The notes beneath the pieces are model-generated. The model was given only the letters and a program-made list of their open reading frames with translations, did no database searches and had not been told where the DNA came from. A stretch of 64,000 nt of DNA. Origin: Eledone cirrhosa (Eukaryota). The first letter of the stretch is position 1; each line of letters begins with the position of its first letter. Of this stretch, positions 63,986 through 64,000 are shown piece by piece. Position numbers and translations under genes: made by a program. The stretch covers positions 744,001 to 808,000 of the forward strand of contig OZ024759.1 of the NCBI GenBank assembly GCA_964016885.1, written 5' to 3'.

Positions 63986-64000
63986 ACTAGTAACATGACA

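Larger units (their letters stand above)
1..64000. repeat. Tandem satellite array, 23-bp monomer A(A/G)CATGACA(A/C)AGTCTATATTAGT, ~2,800 copies, open at both ends
   Basis: Read directly: 1-23 AGCATGACAAAGTCTATATTAGT, 24-46 AGCATGACACAGTCTATATTAGT, 47-69 AACATGACACAGTCTATATTAGT, continuing in one orientation to 64000 with no non-repeat insert seen. Copy number estimated as 64000 divided by ~22.8. Confidence 0.99.

Noticed and set aside
1-64000. CRISPR array (23-bp repeat with partial dyad symmetry)
   Set aside because: Repeats abut directly with no unique spacers, and there is no leader or cas gene.
1-64000. Repetitive protein-coding ORF
   Set aside because: The plus strand has TGA, TAG and TAA in each monomer (ATG overlaps TGA), the minus strand has TAA and TAG, and the 23-bp period rotates stops through all frames. 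Only tiny ORFs are possible.
1-64000. Telomerase-made repeat like the 23-25 bp budding-yeast telomeres
   Set aside because: There is no G-rich strand and no resemblance to telomere units I know. Variants are inherited in kb-scale duplicated blocks, which indicates DNA-level duplication rather than templated addition.
1-64000. Plasmid iterons or phage origin repeats
   Set aside because: Iteron arrays have a few to tens of copies next to a rep gene, not thousands without genes.
1-64000. Rolling-circle, PCR concatemer or adapter artefact
   Set aside because: Variants are shared hierarchically between distant blocks, unlike random sequencing error on one template, and the unit matches no adapter I recognise.
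1-64000. Transcription-factor or promoter motifs (TGACA/TGACAG TALE-homeodomain-like, TATA-like TATATAAG, MEF2-like CTATATTAG, TTGACA -35-like in AACTTGACA variants)
   Set aside because: Short motifs are expected by chance in AT-rich sequence, CTA-TAT-TAG has one base too few for MEF2, and there is no downstream gene.
1-64000. 21-24 bp unit lengths matching siRNA sizes or two helical turns
   Set aside because: Numerical coincidence only. There is no inverted block to form dsRNA, no expression data, and 23 bp is out of helical phase.

Overview
The whole 64,000-bp window is one uninterrupted, head-to-tail, single-orientation tandem array of an AT-rich (~28% GC) 23-bp monomer, consensus A(A/G)CATGACA(A/C)AGTCTATATTAGT, about 2,800 copies. 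It extends past both window edges. A 21-bp deletion variant (AACATGACAGTCTATATTAGT) is common; 22- and 24-bp variants are rare. I see no coding genes, RNA genes, mobile elements, CRISPR spacers or unique sequence. It looks like eukaryotic satellite or giant minisatellite DNA, but I do not recognise the family or organism. The information lies in the order of monomer variants. Rare diagnostic variants reveal nested and overlapping duplications with periods of 90, 111-113, 548, 707, 951, 1367, 1892, ~2050-2260, 2627, 2802, ~2870, 3167, 3596 and 4842 bp. They also reveal non-adjacent copies at offsets of 8887, ~12,100, 33,600 and 42,246 bp, and a recurring block order that suggests an older multi-kb super-unit. 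The monomer is fully tiled by four overlapping short dyads. Offsets were counted by hand from marker positions, and block boundaries are approximate. The sequence gives no evidence for a new gene-encoded system.
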